Source: Mobula hypostoma (taxonomy: Eukaryota). Taken from it: a stretch of 64,000 bases of DNA. The notes under the pieces are model-generated. The model searched no databases. It had not been told where the DNA came from and saw only the letters and a list, made by a program, of their open reading frames with translations. The stretch lies in assembly GCF_963921235.1 (NCBI RefSeq), contig NC_086109.1:26724001-26788000 (forward strand), read 5' to 3'. Each line of letters starts with the position of its first letter. Positions within the stretch are counted from its first letter, which is position 1. This document shows positions 52,178 to 64,000 of the stretch, piece by piece. The position numbers and the translations under genes are program-made.

Positions 52178-53585
52178 TTAAGACATAGGAGCAGAATTGG
52201 ACCACTCAGCCATTCAAGTCTGCTCTGCCATTCCATCATGGCTGATTTATGATCTCTCTCAACCACATTCCCCTCCCTTCTTTCCATAACCTTTGACACC
52301 CTGACTAACCAAGAACCTGCCAGCCTCTGCTTTAAATATATTCAATGACTTGGCATCCACAGCCATCTGTGGCAATGAATTCCACAGATTCACCACACTC
52401 TGGCTAAAGAAATTACTTCTCATCTCTGCTCTAAGTGGATGTTCCTACATTCTGAGGCTGTGCACTCTGATCCTAGACTCCTCCACTACAGGAAATATCC
52501 TCCCCACGTCCACTTCATCCAGGCCTTTCAATATTCGATAGGTTTCAATGAGATCACTCCTAATTCTTCTTAACTCCAGTGAGTATGTGCCCAGAACCAT
52601 CAAACACTCCACATTCTTTAACACATTCATTTCCTAGAATCATTCTCATGTAACTCCTTTGGATCCCCTCCAATGCCAGTTCATTCTTTTTTCAGATGAG
52701 GGACTCAAGACTCCTCACAATACACTAAGTGTGATCTGGCCCATGCCTTATAAAGCCACAACACCACATCCTTGCTCTTGTATTTTGGTCCTCTCAAAAT
52801 GAATGCTAACTTTGCATTTGCCTTCCTTACCACTGACTCAACCTGCAAGTTGACCTTCAGGGAATCTTGCACAAGGACTCCCAAGTCCCTTTGCACTTCT
52901 GATTTTGAATTTTCTCCCAGTTTAGAAAATAGGCTATGCCTCTATTCCTTCTACCAATGTGCATGACCATACACTCCCGACACCGTATTCCATCTACCTC
53001 TTCTTTGCCCATCTTCCTAGCCTGTCTTAAATCCTTCTGCAGGACTCTCCACTTCTTCACTACCTGCTCCACTATCTACCTTTGTATTATCTGCAAACTT
53101 GACCACAAAGCTATCAGTTCCGTCATCTAAATTGTGAACATATAACATGAAAAGACCCCTGCAGAGCACCATGTCACCAGCAGCCAACCAGAATAGGCCC
53201 CTTGTGTTCCGACTCCATACCTCCTAGAAATCAGCCAGACCCTATCCATGTTAGTATCTTTACTGTAATACCACAGGCTTGTTCATATCTTGTTAAACAG
53301 CCTCATGTGCAGCACTTTGTCAAAGGCTTCCTGAAAGCCCAAATAAGTAACATCCACTGACTTTTCTTTGTCTATCTTGCCTGTTATTTCCTCAAAGAAT
53401 TCCAATGAATTCATCAAACAAGATTTCCCCTTAAGGAAACTGTGCTGACTTTGGACTACTTTATCAAGCACCTCCAAGTACCCCAAAATGTCATCCTTAA
53501 TAATCGAATCCAACATCTTCCCAATCATGGAAGTCAGGCGGACTGGCCTATAATTTCCTTTCCTCTGCCTCCCTCCCTTCTTGAA
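52178..53585 (-). mobile_element. CR1 LINE 3' portion (degenerate RT)
   Basis: SQHSFLKGKSCLMNSLEFFEEIT...YLGFQEAFDKVLH; QRDLGVLVQDSLKVNLQVESVVRKAN. Confidence 0.88.
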
Positions 53586-53683
53586 GCAAAACTCTTTGAT
53601 TGTGACAGTACAGAGATTTTAAGAGAGTTAAAGGAAGTTTGGAAAGCAAATACTTGGTAATATTACTGAAGGTGAGCATAATG

Positions 53684-54170
53684 CACTCAGTGGCCATTTT
53701 ATTTGGTACACTTGTACGCCTGCTCATTAATTCAAGTTTCTAATCCGCCAATCATGTAGCAGCAATTCAATGCATTAAAGCGTACAAATATGGTAAAGAG
53801 GTTCTGTTGTTACTTAGACCAAACATTGGAATGGGGAAGCATCATGATCTAACTGAGTTTTACTGTGGAATGATTGTTGGTACCTCATGGGGTGGTTTGA
53901 GTATCTGAGAAATTGCTGATCTTCTTGGATTTTCACGCACAGCAGTCTTCAGAGTTTACAGAGAATGGTGCAAAGAGAACAAGCTGACAGGAAGGTGACA
54001 GTAACTTGGATAACCACTCGTTACAACAATGGTGTGCAGAAGAGCATCTCTGAATGCACAACACACCAAGCCTTGAAGTGGGTGGACAACAGCAGCAGAA
54101 AACCACAAACATACAATTAGTAGCCACTTTATTAGGTACAGCAGTTATCTGATAAAGTGGCCACTGAGTG
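53684..54170 (+). mobile_element. Tc1-like non-autonomous element with both TIRs
   Basis: cactcagtggccattttat / ataaagtggccactgagtg. Confidence 0.85.
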
Positions 54171-55591
54171 CTTTGTTTTCTCTAAATGTGGCGAGTTTAA
54201 TAAATATAATAGGAGCGGGAAGTCACAAATGAGGACAGATATTGCTTGGTTTATGGCATTTAAAGAGAGGAATATTTTATTTTCCACAAAATCTGGATTT
54301 CATTAGCAATGCCATTGTGTATTGCCCATCTCTATTAGGATGAACTGAGCTGAGAAGCTCCCCCTTCCTGTCGGCTTTCTCTTCTGAAGTTTAGTGATTC
54401 CTGCGAACGCACAGAGAATAGATTCTGATGGTCTTCTGCTTCCCCGTAGAACTGGCTATTCCTGAAATGTATCTGTCAAATCAGCTGAGTGTGACAAATA
54501 TAATTAAACTAAAATTGCACTGCAATTTAGACAAATCTGCCTTTGGCTAATGTCCTCATATGTAAGAACTCAGCCAGTAATCTTCTCCAGGGACACTGAA
54601 GCTTTGAGCCTTTCTGCCATTCTGAGCAAAACCGGTTAACTGGATTTCCCATGATGTGTAATGACAGTCCAATGTGTAATCTGCTTTATTAAATATTTAT
54701 TTAAAAGGAATTAAATAACATGAATAAAAATTGGTATGAATAGAAAGTTGATCTTTTTTGTTTCTGTAGGCAACAAGAACATATTTTACTTGCCTGATTT
54801 GATGCAGGAAATTACTATGTCACATATTTGGAGGCACATAAAATGTGATTCTCCTATTCAATCAATTTCAACACCAATCTAATAACTTACCAAATTAATA
54901 GTTAGTCATTACATAATCACAATGTTTTGACTTTTGGTTTTAGTACATACTGACAATCTGAAAAAAGTAAATAGAATCTTGGATTTAAGGCCAAACAGAT
55001 CAAGAAGCCCAATCAATTATGTGAAGTACAAAAGAAGGCATTGAATTCCAATATAGGTTGAATGACATTTCACTTGCATTAAAATCCAGTCTTGATTGGA
55101 GTCACATCTATTAATGTCAGAAGACTTGATCTAATGTTATTCAATTGGCTCATGATTTTGTTCAACAGACTTGACCCTTGATCAAAGTAAATTAAGGAAA
55201 TTAAATTATTCTAATTGGTTACTTAGTTTTAGTGTATTTTTTTTACATTTCAAATGGTTCAATTTACAAAGTAATATCAGACAGCGTATATGGTATACAA
55301 CCTGAAATTCTTACACGTCACAGACTTCCACAAAACAAGAAATCCAAATATCAGAACCATGAAGCCCCCATCCCATCTCATAAGCAGCAGCAGAAGAATC
55401 GACCCTCCCCCTTCCCCCGCCTTGCACCAGAAGAAGCACCATCACCCCCCATCACCATGCAAGCAACAGCAAAAGATCCCCAAAGAGACCTTGATCTAGT
55501 CCATCAAACACTACAGTCCATAACCCAGTTCTTCAATATCTCAAATATTCTCTCCCTCTCCCCCTCTCTCCCTCTCTCCCCCTCTCCCCCT

Positions 55592-56255
55592 CAGACATCC
55601 CACCCCGCAAAAACTCATTTCAGGGAGGTAGCACCATCAATTTGCGGGATACTCCCGGAACTTCCGGGAGAGGTGGGATGTTTGCAATAGAGTAGCACCT
55701 TAGCAGCTAGCCAGCTAGTTTAAATAACGTTAGCTATGCTAATAAATGAATGACACCTGTTAAACTCACCTCAACATGTCTTTTACAGTCTTAACCCACC
55801 ATGGGCAATAGAAAAGTCACTGTTGCAAACAGTGCAGCGAGCAACACTGTCATTATTTTTGACCCCTATTAGGCAGGGGTACACTTTAGTGTAATCTGGG
55901 GTGACGTACGCTTTATATATTTTTTGGAATACTCTGCCACTCTGACTTTTTTTTTGGAACTCTCTCGCTCTTGCTTGCACGCTCTCTCGACCGTTGTCGC
56001 TCTCTTGCACTTGCTTTCTCACTCTCACGCTTACTTTCTCGCTCTCTTGTGCGTGCATGCTCTCGCGCTCTCTCTCTCGTGGTCGCTCTCACTCGCACTG
56101 GCTTTCTTGCTCTTGCGCTCGCTCTCTCTCGCGTGTTCTCTCACGCTCGCTCTCAAAAAAATCAATTTCTGGGACATTGTATATAATTTGCGGGCATCAG
56201 GGAGCCACTATTAATTTGCGAGAGACTCCCGGAACTTCCGGGGGAGGTGGGATGT
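55592..56255 (-). mobile_element. Second copy of the BED-finger DNA transposon derivative, inserted in a CT-rich tract
   Basis: Near-identical to 25758-26339; ARCTVCNSDFSIAHGG; flanked on both sides by (ctctctcccc)n. Confidence 0.75.
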
Positions 56256-57142
56256 ATTCCCCCTCCCCCTCTCTCTCCCCCTCTCTCCCCCCTCCCCCCC
56301 CTCACCCCCCTCTCCCCCCCCTCCCCCCCTCCCCCTGTATCGCTTCTCCAAGCACCCCGGCAAATATTTTGATAGAGAAAGGTACTTGACTCAATAGGAC
56401 AAAATTCCCTGAATGTAGATATTGAAAATAAAACTGAGTGTTTGCAATATGCTATTTCTCCTGGGTATGTTCATGCTATTTGGTTTGCGAGATGTGCCCT
56501 GTTGTTTTATCATGGTTGTTGGTAAGGGATTCTAGAAGAGTGACTGTGCATTGCTGGAATTACTTCTGATTATGGGAATTGTGCTGACATATGTGCTGTA
56601 TGTCATTTGGGTCTCCAAACCCAGCAAGAATATCTTACTCTTCTTTTTGCATCACCAAATCATTCTATCAATGCTTATCATCAGGAAATAAATTTGAACT
56701 CCGTATGCAACATATTTTATCTGTTGTATTGTCACTTTACCAAGGAGAAAACAAGAATGGTTCATTTTCGAAGACAGTTTTAATTTCCATTGGAGAAGCG
56801 TTAAATGCCATTGCACAGAGAAAATCAACAGCTCCCCACTTCAAAGCTTGAGTTGATATAATTTTGGGTAAGGATTTATTCCTGAAAGGAATGAGAGGAA
56901 GGATATAGTCATTAAGGATTCTGTTTGATTGGCCTTTGAGTGACTGCTCATGGCACCAAACCTTACATGATGTGAATGCTTATATCAAATTACAAACACA
57001 ATCTCCTTGATTGTACATGTGTAAAGAAATAGCATGTTTCAAGCACTCAGTTTTAATTTTCAACATCTACATTCAGGGAATTTGTTCTATTGATTCTCAT
57101 TACCTTCCGATCTTGGTAAGCAAACAATTTCTGAATATTTAG

Positions 57143-57268
57143 GCATCACCGAAGAGAGGATCTAACAGTTAGTCCTGATGAAGGGTCTTGGCCTGAAACG
57201 TCGACTGCGCCTCTTCCTATAGATGCTGCCTGGCCTGCTGCGTTCACCAGCAACTTTGATGTGTGTTG
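57143..57268 (+). mobile_element. 126-bp PLE-derived insertion carrying an intact hammerhead
   Basis: Perfect 13-bp TSD tctgaatatttag at 57130-57142 and 57269-57281. Confidence 0.85.
57171..57207 (+). ncRNA. Minimal type-I hammerhead ribozyme motif (PLE terminal-repeat type), intact core
   Basis: Stem I AGTC(57171-74)/GACT(57203-06); core CTGATGA 57175-81; stem II AGG/CCT; GAAA 57195-98; palindromic ACGT stem III; predicted cleavage after GTC (C57202). Confidence 0.75.
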
Positions 57269-59321
57269 TCTGAATATTTAGCCTCAGTTCCACTTGTTAG
57301 ACAGATAATTTCTTTTTCATGCATACCAAATCTAGCCTTCAGCTGATGTGGGGCCTGAAGTGAGACTAAAATTCAAAGTTTTTACTTTGGTATTTAGTTT
57401 AATGAACAGTGTTTAATTTGGGCTTTTGGCCCATCCAAAGCACCAGACTGAGAGTGGTTTCCTTGGCCTTGATGTAAAAGCTGCCTAGATTTGTATCCTG
57501 TGAAACAGCACATAGGATCAACCATGATTTTGTTTAACAGTGGGCTGGGCCTTAAAGCTTTTCTGACTCACTGCTGTTTGTTCATTTTTCGATTGAGTGC
57601 ACCAACTTTGAAATACTAATGACGTTCCCAAAAAAAACCCACAACTGCCATTTCTGTGTCTAACTTGAGATATCTGAGCATTTTCAATTGAATTACTTTG
57701 GATAATTAGGGAAATTGGTGTGCTAATTATGCAGAACTGGCAAATGCCTTGGCAGAAATCTAAAGAAGGGTAAATGTTTTATTTGTCACAAGACCTAGTC
57801 AATCAGAAAGAGGTGCTGGTGTTGCCTAAGAGAATGGACTATTACTTCAGTTTTACTTTGGCAAAAAAATCCCACTACAGGGGTGCATTTCTCATGGATA
57901 CCAAAGTGCCCAAGAATGTATGCAAAATTGCTGCTATTTGGATTAAGCAGATTTTCAACCACGTAGCATAAAGTACAAACAAGCTTTGAGATCTCTAGAT
58001 TTGGATAGAAGTCCATATTGAGCTACTAATTTGATAGCATAATTGATTCATCGTGTGAGTTTGATGAGGGAGGTAGAGGGCGTGGTGTATGGGATGTAAT
58101 TCAATCATCCTGTATGCAAAATGAAGTGCGATGTCTAAAATAAGCTCTTAGGATCTAACTAGAACAAAGTCAGGAAGTGCCAATCCTGTTATCAGCTGCA
58201 AAGCTTTGGAAAATCTTGCACAACTCCTGTGACAGAAACACCAAAGAGGCTGAGTTTCCACACCATCATTCATTGGGCGTGGGCTGATGTTCTTTGTGCT
58301 GCAGTAGACATGACAGAAAATAATGAGCTAATAGAGTGGTGAGGAATGTTTATTTGTGTAAAATTTGTGTTTTTTAAAAAAAGTGCTAATCTTCAGAATA
58401 AGTGCGTTAAAATGCTTTAAATTTGCTGTGCCTGCACCAAGTAAGTTCATGTACTCCTTGCACCTCTAATGCTGAATTTATTAATCATAAAGTTGCCAAG
58501 ATAAAGGAACAGTTGCTTGATTTTACACTGCGCATAAAACAGCTTAGCAACACTGGTGGTACTTAATAGGGTCTCCTGTTGACTAGAAAGGAACAGCATC
58601 ATTGAAAGGCAATCTCCTGACTCAGTTGTTTGGATGAAGCAATCTTAAAAACACTAGAGAGCTTGTCTATAGAGATGAGGCATATTATCATGAAATTGTT
58701 TGACCTTCATTTGAGAAGCAGGTAACACGACAGGTTGAATTTGTCAGAGAAAAATATAAAAATGTTGAAGTAACACAGAAGCCGTGGCCATTCTGTCAAA
58801 CAAAGGCTGGGGATGTGAGTTTATTCCACCTGTATGACTCATCGATGTAATGGTTAAACTGTGAGCTTCATTGCACAATTGAATTCAAATCACGGATGAT
58901 AAGCAGCAAAAGACTCAGTGAGTAATATTATCATTTTAGAGCTTATTTCTAGAACCAGAGTTTATTGGCTGTCTTACTCATACTAGTGGAGCTTGCTTTC
59001 TAAAGACATCTCATTGGATGTGTCCTGAGTGACTTGTAAAAAGCTCTGGTTAATGTCCCTTATTAATGTCCCTTTTGAGAGTATTTGCCAGTTTCATTAA
59101 TTATTCTATTTTAATCTCAGTTCCTCACAGTTAGTTACAGTGTCTACAAACTTGAACTCATTCACCACTCTGCCACCCATATCCCAGTTCATTCTTGAGG
59201 TCCAACACCCTGATATGACAATATATCTAAATTAATATTTTCATTCTTATATTCAAATCTAAATAGCATCACAGGCATACAGAATTTAAGAAGCAACATT
59301 CATGATATAAATATGCAGCGG

Positions 59322-61060
59322 GTAGTGACCACTTCTCCAGCTGGTCCGGATCCTGCTGCAAGTTTTGATGGTCTTCCTCGTTATCCACTACGCCCCCAAT
59401 CTTGGTGTCATCTGCAAATTTGCTGATCGAATTTACCACATTATCATCCAAGTTGTTGATATAGATGACACAATAATGCACCCACCACCAATCCCTGCGG
59501 CACACCACTAGTCACAGACCTCCAGCCGGGGAGGCAAGTGTCTACAGCCACTCTCTGGCTTCTTCCTCGAAGCCAATGTCTAGTCCAATTTACTACCTCA
59601 TCTTGAATACCAAGTGACTGAACATTCTTGACCTATCTCCCATGTCAAAGGCCTTGCTAAAGTCCATGTAGGCAATATCCATTGCCTTGCCTTCATCAAC
59701 TTTCCTGGTAACTTTATCTAAAAACTCTAAGATTGGTTAGAAATTATCTAATATTTACAAGGACTATTGCTACTCATTTCCTGTCTATCCAAATGCTTTC
59801 ATATCCAGTCCCTTAGAATACCTTCCAGTAACTTTCCCATTACTGATGTCTGGCTCACCGACCTATAATTTCCTGGCTTATCCTTTGAGCCTTTCTTAGA
59901 GAACAGAACAACATCAGCTATCCTCCAATCCTCCGGCACCTCATCCATGGCTAAGGATGTTTTAAATATCTCTGTTAGGGCCCCTGCAATTTCTGCACTT
60001 GCCTCTCACGGCGTCTGAGGGAACATATTGTCAGGCCCTGGGATTTATCCATCCTAATTTGCCTCAGGACAGCAAACACCTCCTCCTCTAGGGTCTATAT
60101 AAGGTTCATGACCTCACTGCTGCATTTCCTCACATCTATAGACTCTTGTGTCCATGTCCCTAGTAAATAAAGATGCAAAAAATCCACTTAAAATCTTCCC
60201 CATCTCTTTCAACTCCATGCATAGATTATGACTGATCTCCCAGAAGACCAGTAATGTCCCTTGCTGTCCTTTTGCTCTTAATACATCTGTAGAAGCTCTC
60301 AGGATTCTCCTTCGTCATGTCGGCTAGAACAAACTCATGTCTTCTTTTAGCCCTCCTAATGTCCTTCTTCAATGTTCTCTTGCATTTCTTATAACCCTCA
60401 AGTACCTCATTTATTCATACCTGCCTATACCTGCTATGCATCTCCTCCTTCCTCTTTCTCATGGCTTCAATATCTTTTGAAAATTACAATTCTCTCAAGC
60501 TGTTACCATCAAAATTGGCCTTTCTTCAATTTAGAATCTCAACCTGAGGATCAGGCCTATTCTTTTCCGTAATTACCCTGAAACTAGTGGTATTTTGATA
60601 ACTAGATGCAAAATGTTCCCTTACACAAACTTTGATCACCTGCCCTGTCTCATTCCGTAATAGCAGATCTAGTATCACACTCTCTCTAGTTGATTAAGGA
60701 AACTTTCCTGAACACATTTGACAAATTCTCTCCCCTCTCTCCCTTTTACAGCACAGGAGTCCCAGTCAATATGTAAAAAGTTAAAATCCCCTATCACAAC
60801 CTTGCATTTCTTGCAACAGTTTGTGATCTCTCCACATACTTGCTCCTCTAAATCCCACGGACTGTTGGGCGGCCTATAATGTAATCCCATTAATGTGGTC
60901 ATATGTTTCTTATCCCTCTGCTCTACCCATAAAGCCTCCAGAACTCCACTAGAGGAGCTCTCCAGTCCGTCCAGGCTGAGCACTGGCATGACATTTTCCT
61001 TGAGTAGTAATGGGACCCCTCCCCCCTTCAATCTTTTCCTGGAATTCACCTTGCATTGAA
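59322..61060 (-). mobile_element. CR1 LINE internal fragment (endonuclease to RT), degenerate
   Basis: HYRPPNS and GDFNFLHIDW (APE endonuclease); YINNLDD...SKFADDTKIGG (RT). Confidence 0.88.
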
Positions 61061-61169
61061 ATATATGCCGTGGGAGATTTCAGCCATATTCTTGATAGCA
61101 GTGTTACGTCCCACCTCAGGCCAGTGTAAACAGGCTTGAGAGGAACTGAGCGACAGACATGAAACAGCA

Positions 61170-63740
61170 CATCCTGATTGATGCCTTCCACATTGTTATG
61201 GGGGATTTTAACCAGGCCAGCTTGAAAAAGCCTCTAAATAATTATTAGCAACAAATCACTTATAGTAGAAGAGGAACCAACACAGTGGACCACTATTACA
61301 CCACCATCGATGGTGCTTACCGTGCTATCCCACAGCCACACTTTCAAAAGTCTAATCCCCTGGCTGTACTTCTACTCCCGGAATATAGGCAGAGACTGAA
61401 GACTGCATTACCAGTAGCAAGGACCGAGAAGGTATGGACAAGGGAGGTGCAGGAGTGCTTACTGGACTGCTTTGAATTGGTGGACTGGACTGTATTCAGG
61501 GATTTATCTTCGAGTCTGAATGAGTACACCATAGCTACTGCTTCATTGAAACCTGTGTGGATGTGTGTGTACCTATAAGAATTTGCTGTACACCCCCAAA
61601 TCAAAAGTCATGGATAAACCAGGAGGTTCGCAATCTGCTGAGGGCTAGATCTGAAGCATTCAAGTTGGGCATTCCAGGCCTGCACAAGAAAACCAAGTAC
61701 AATCGTTGGAATAATGAAATGTCTAGTTGTATTCCACTTGAAAAAATTACTTATAATTTAAGAGATAAATATGATACATTTTTGAATATTTGGCACCCTT
61801 ATTTACAAAAGATAGGATGGCATATTTAGTTGCTCCGATGATGAAGATTTTGGTCCCTTGGGGAAAGTAATAAATAAATATACCAAATTTATTTTGAATC
61901 CCATGGAGCATGTGGAAACCTTCCAATATCCAGGCAGTTCTTCTTTCTTTTTGTTTCTTTTTTTTCTTTTTTTTTCAGGTAGGGGTATATATCAGGGGGG
62001 ATGGTAGACATTACCTTTCTATGTAATCACTTTGAAAAATCAATAAAAATTACATTAAAAAAAAAGAAAACCTGGTACAATTTGCAGAAGGCTAGTTCAA
62101 GAGCTAAGGAACAATTCCAAACAAAGTTGGAGGCAAAATCGGATGCATGTCAGCTCTGGCAGGGTTTGCAGGCCATTAGTTCCTACAAAGCGAAATCCAA
62201 CATCATGAACATCTTTTATGCTGTCTTTGAAAGGGAGAATAATACTACAGCTATGCGGATCCCTGCTGCACCTGGTGACCCTGTGATCGCTGTCTCAGAG
62301 GCCGATATCAGGCTGTCTTTTCAAGAGGGTGAACCCTTATAAGGCGACAGGCTTGTAATACTTGGTAATGTAATACTTGGTAGGGTTCTGAAAACCTGTG
62401 CCAACCAACTGGTGGGGGTGTTCAAAGACATTTTCAATATCTCATTGTAACAGTCGGAAAGTCTCATCTGCTTCAAAAGATCAACAATTATACCAGTACC
62501 CAGGAAGAGCAGGTGAGCTGCCTTAATGACTATTGTCCAGTAGCACTCATGTCTTCAGTGATGAAGTGCTTTTAGAGGTTGGTTGTGGCTAGAATTAACT
62601 CCTGTCTCAGCAAGGACGTGGACCACTACAATTTGACTATCGCCACAACAGGTCCGCAGTGGACACGATCTCATTGAGTCTTCACGTGGTCTTGGATCAC
62701 CTGGACAATATAAATACCTATGTCAGGATGTTGTTTATTGACTACAGCTCAGCAGTTAACACAATCATTCCTACAGTTCTGATTGAAAAGCTCCAGAATC
62801 TGGGCCTCTGTACCTCCCTCTGTAACTGACTTCCTAATCAGCAGACCACAATTTGTGCGGATTAGGATCTACATCTCCACCTCACTGACAATCAATATTG
62901 GCCTCGGATGTGTGGTTAGCCTACTGCTCTACTCTCTCTACACCCACGACTGCGTGGCTAGGCACAGCTCAAGTGCCATCTGTAAATTTGCTGATGATAC
63001 AACCATTGTTGGCAGAATTTCAGATGGTGACAAGTGACTGGTGTCACAGGAACAACCTTGCACTCAATGTCGGTAAGACCAAAGAGCTGATTGTGGACTT
63101 CAGAAAGGATAAGACAAGGGAAGACATACCAGTCCTCATAGAGGGATCAGAAGTGGAAAGAGTGAGCAGTTTCAAGTTCCTGGGTGTCAGTATCTCTGAG
63201 GACCTAACCTGGGCCCAGCATATCGATGCAGCTACAGAGAAAGCGTGACAGCGGCTCTATTTCATAAGGAGTTTGAGAAGATTTTGTATGTCACCAGAAA
63301 CACTCAAATTTCTACAGATGTAGCTGGAGAGCATTCTATCTGGCTGCATCACAGTCTTGGGGGTGGGGAGGGGGTGTGGTGGGTTGCTGTTGCACAGGAT
63401 CGAAGTAAGCTGTGGAGAGTTGTAAACATAGTTAACTCCATCATGAGCACTAGCCTATGTAGTATCCAGGACACCTTCAAGGAGTGATGCTTCAAAAAGC
63501 TGGTGTCCATCATAAAGGACCCCCATTACCCAAGTCATCCCTACCATCAGGAAGGAGGTACAGAAGTGTGAAGGCACACATTCATTGATTCAAGAGCAGC
63601 TTCTACCCTCTGCCATCCGAATTCTGAATGGACATTGAACCCATGAATGCCACCTCACTAGTTCATTATATCTATTTTTGCAGAACTTATTTAATCTAAC
63701 TGTTTTTTATAGGTACGTATTTGCTGTAATTCTGTTTTTT
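61170..63740 (+). mobile_element. Rex1/Babar LINE pseudogene interrupted by an L1 3' end
   Basis: [51 protein letters not shown]. Confidence 0.9.
61704..62065 (+). mobile_element. 5'-truncated L1-clade LINE 3' end
   Basis: WNNEMSSCIPLEKITYNLRDKYDTFLNIWHPYL (L1 ORF2 C-terminus-like); aataaa at 62042; poly(A) 62057-65; TSD aagaaaacc(aa/tg)gtacaat at 61686-61703 and 62064-62081. Confidence 0.8.
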
Positions 63741-64000
63741 GCTTTACCAGACCATGATGCAATTAGACAGGATCCTTTCAACAGTATATCTGTTGAAGCT
63801 TGTTAGGGTGTTCGGTGATAAGCTGAACCTCTTTAACTTCCTAGCTTTACAGGTCCATTATCTTTGTTAGCTCCTCCAACCACACAGCCCTTTGAGATTC
63901 TGACACCCAGTATATCTCCCTAACTGTGGAATTTTTCTCTTTCTTAAAACCTACCACTTTGACTAGAATTTTAACCACTATATCCTCGTGTGTCTCCATA

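Noticed and set aside
56258..56336. C-rich tract with G-quadruplex or H-DNA potential (also 12210-12281)
   Set aside because: Ordinary low-complexity sequence with no evidence of function.
55232..56389. Longest ORFs (152 aa and 131 aa) and Arg/Glu- or Ser/Leu-rich ORFs
   Set aside because: They read through repeat fragments and CT-rich low-complexity DNA.
1..64000. Prokaryotic operons, CRISPR arrays or defence systems
   Set aside because: There are no long ORFs, no gene-dense organisation and no regularly spaced repeat-spacer arrays. The content is vertebrate intron and transposon.

Overview
This window is eukaryotic (vertebrate) genomic DNA, not prokaryotic. The repeat landscape (HE1-like V-SINEs, a Deu-SINE relic, CR1, Rex1/Babar, RTE-X, Penelope-like elements, Tigger, Tc1 and hAT derivatives) suggests a cartilaginous fish, probably a ray; this is an inference. 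The only supportable host coding sequence is a 223-bp internal exon (34234-34456, + strand) of a CELSR/Flamingo adhesion GPCR, covering an EGF repeat and the start of the first laminin-G domain. It is most like CELSR1, but CELSR2 is not excluded. The rest is most simply read as intron: decayed and nested transposons alternating with AT-rich unique blocks that may be enhancers. The most interesting signal is a family of Penelope-like element (PLE) terminal repeats carrying a minimal type-I hammerhead ribozyme motif (AGTC-CTGA[T/C/G]GA-A-stemII-GAAA[C/T]GTC-GACT). Copies occur as tiny insertions with ~13-bp target-site duplications (TSDs) and as fold-back pairs. Two copies with intact catalytic cores lie on the sense strand of the CELSR pre-mRNA. 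Coordinates were read by eye, and boundaries of old repeats are approximate.
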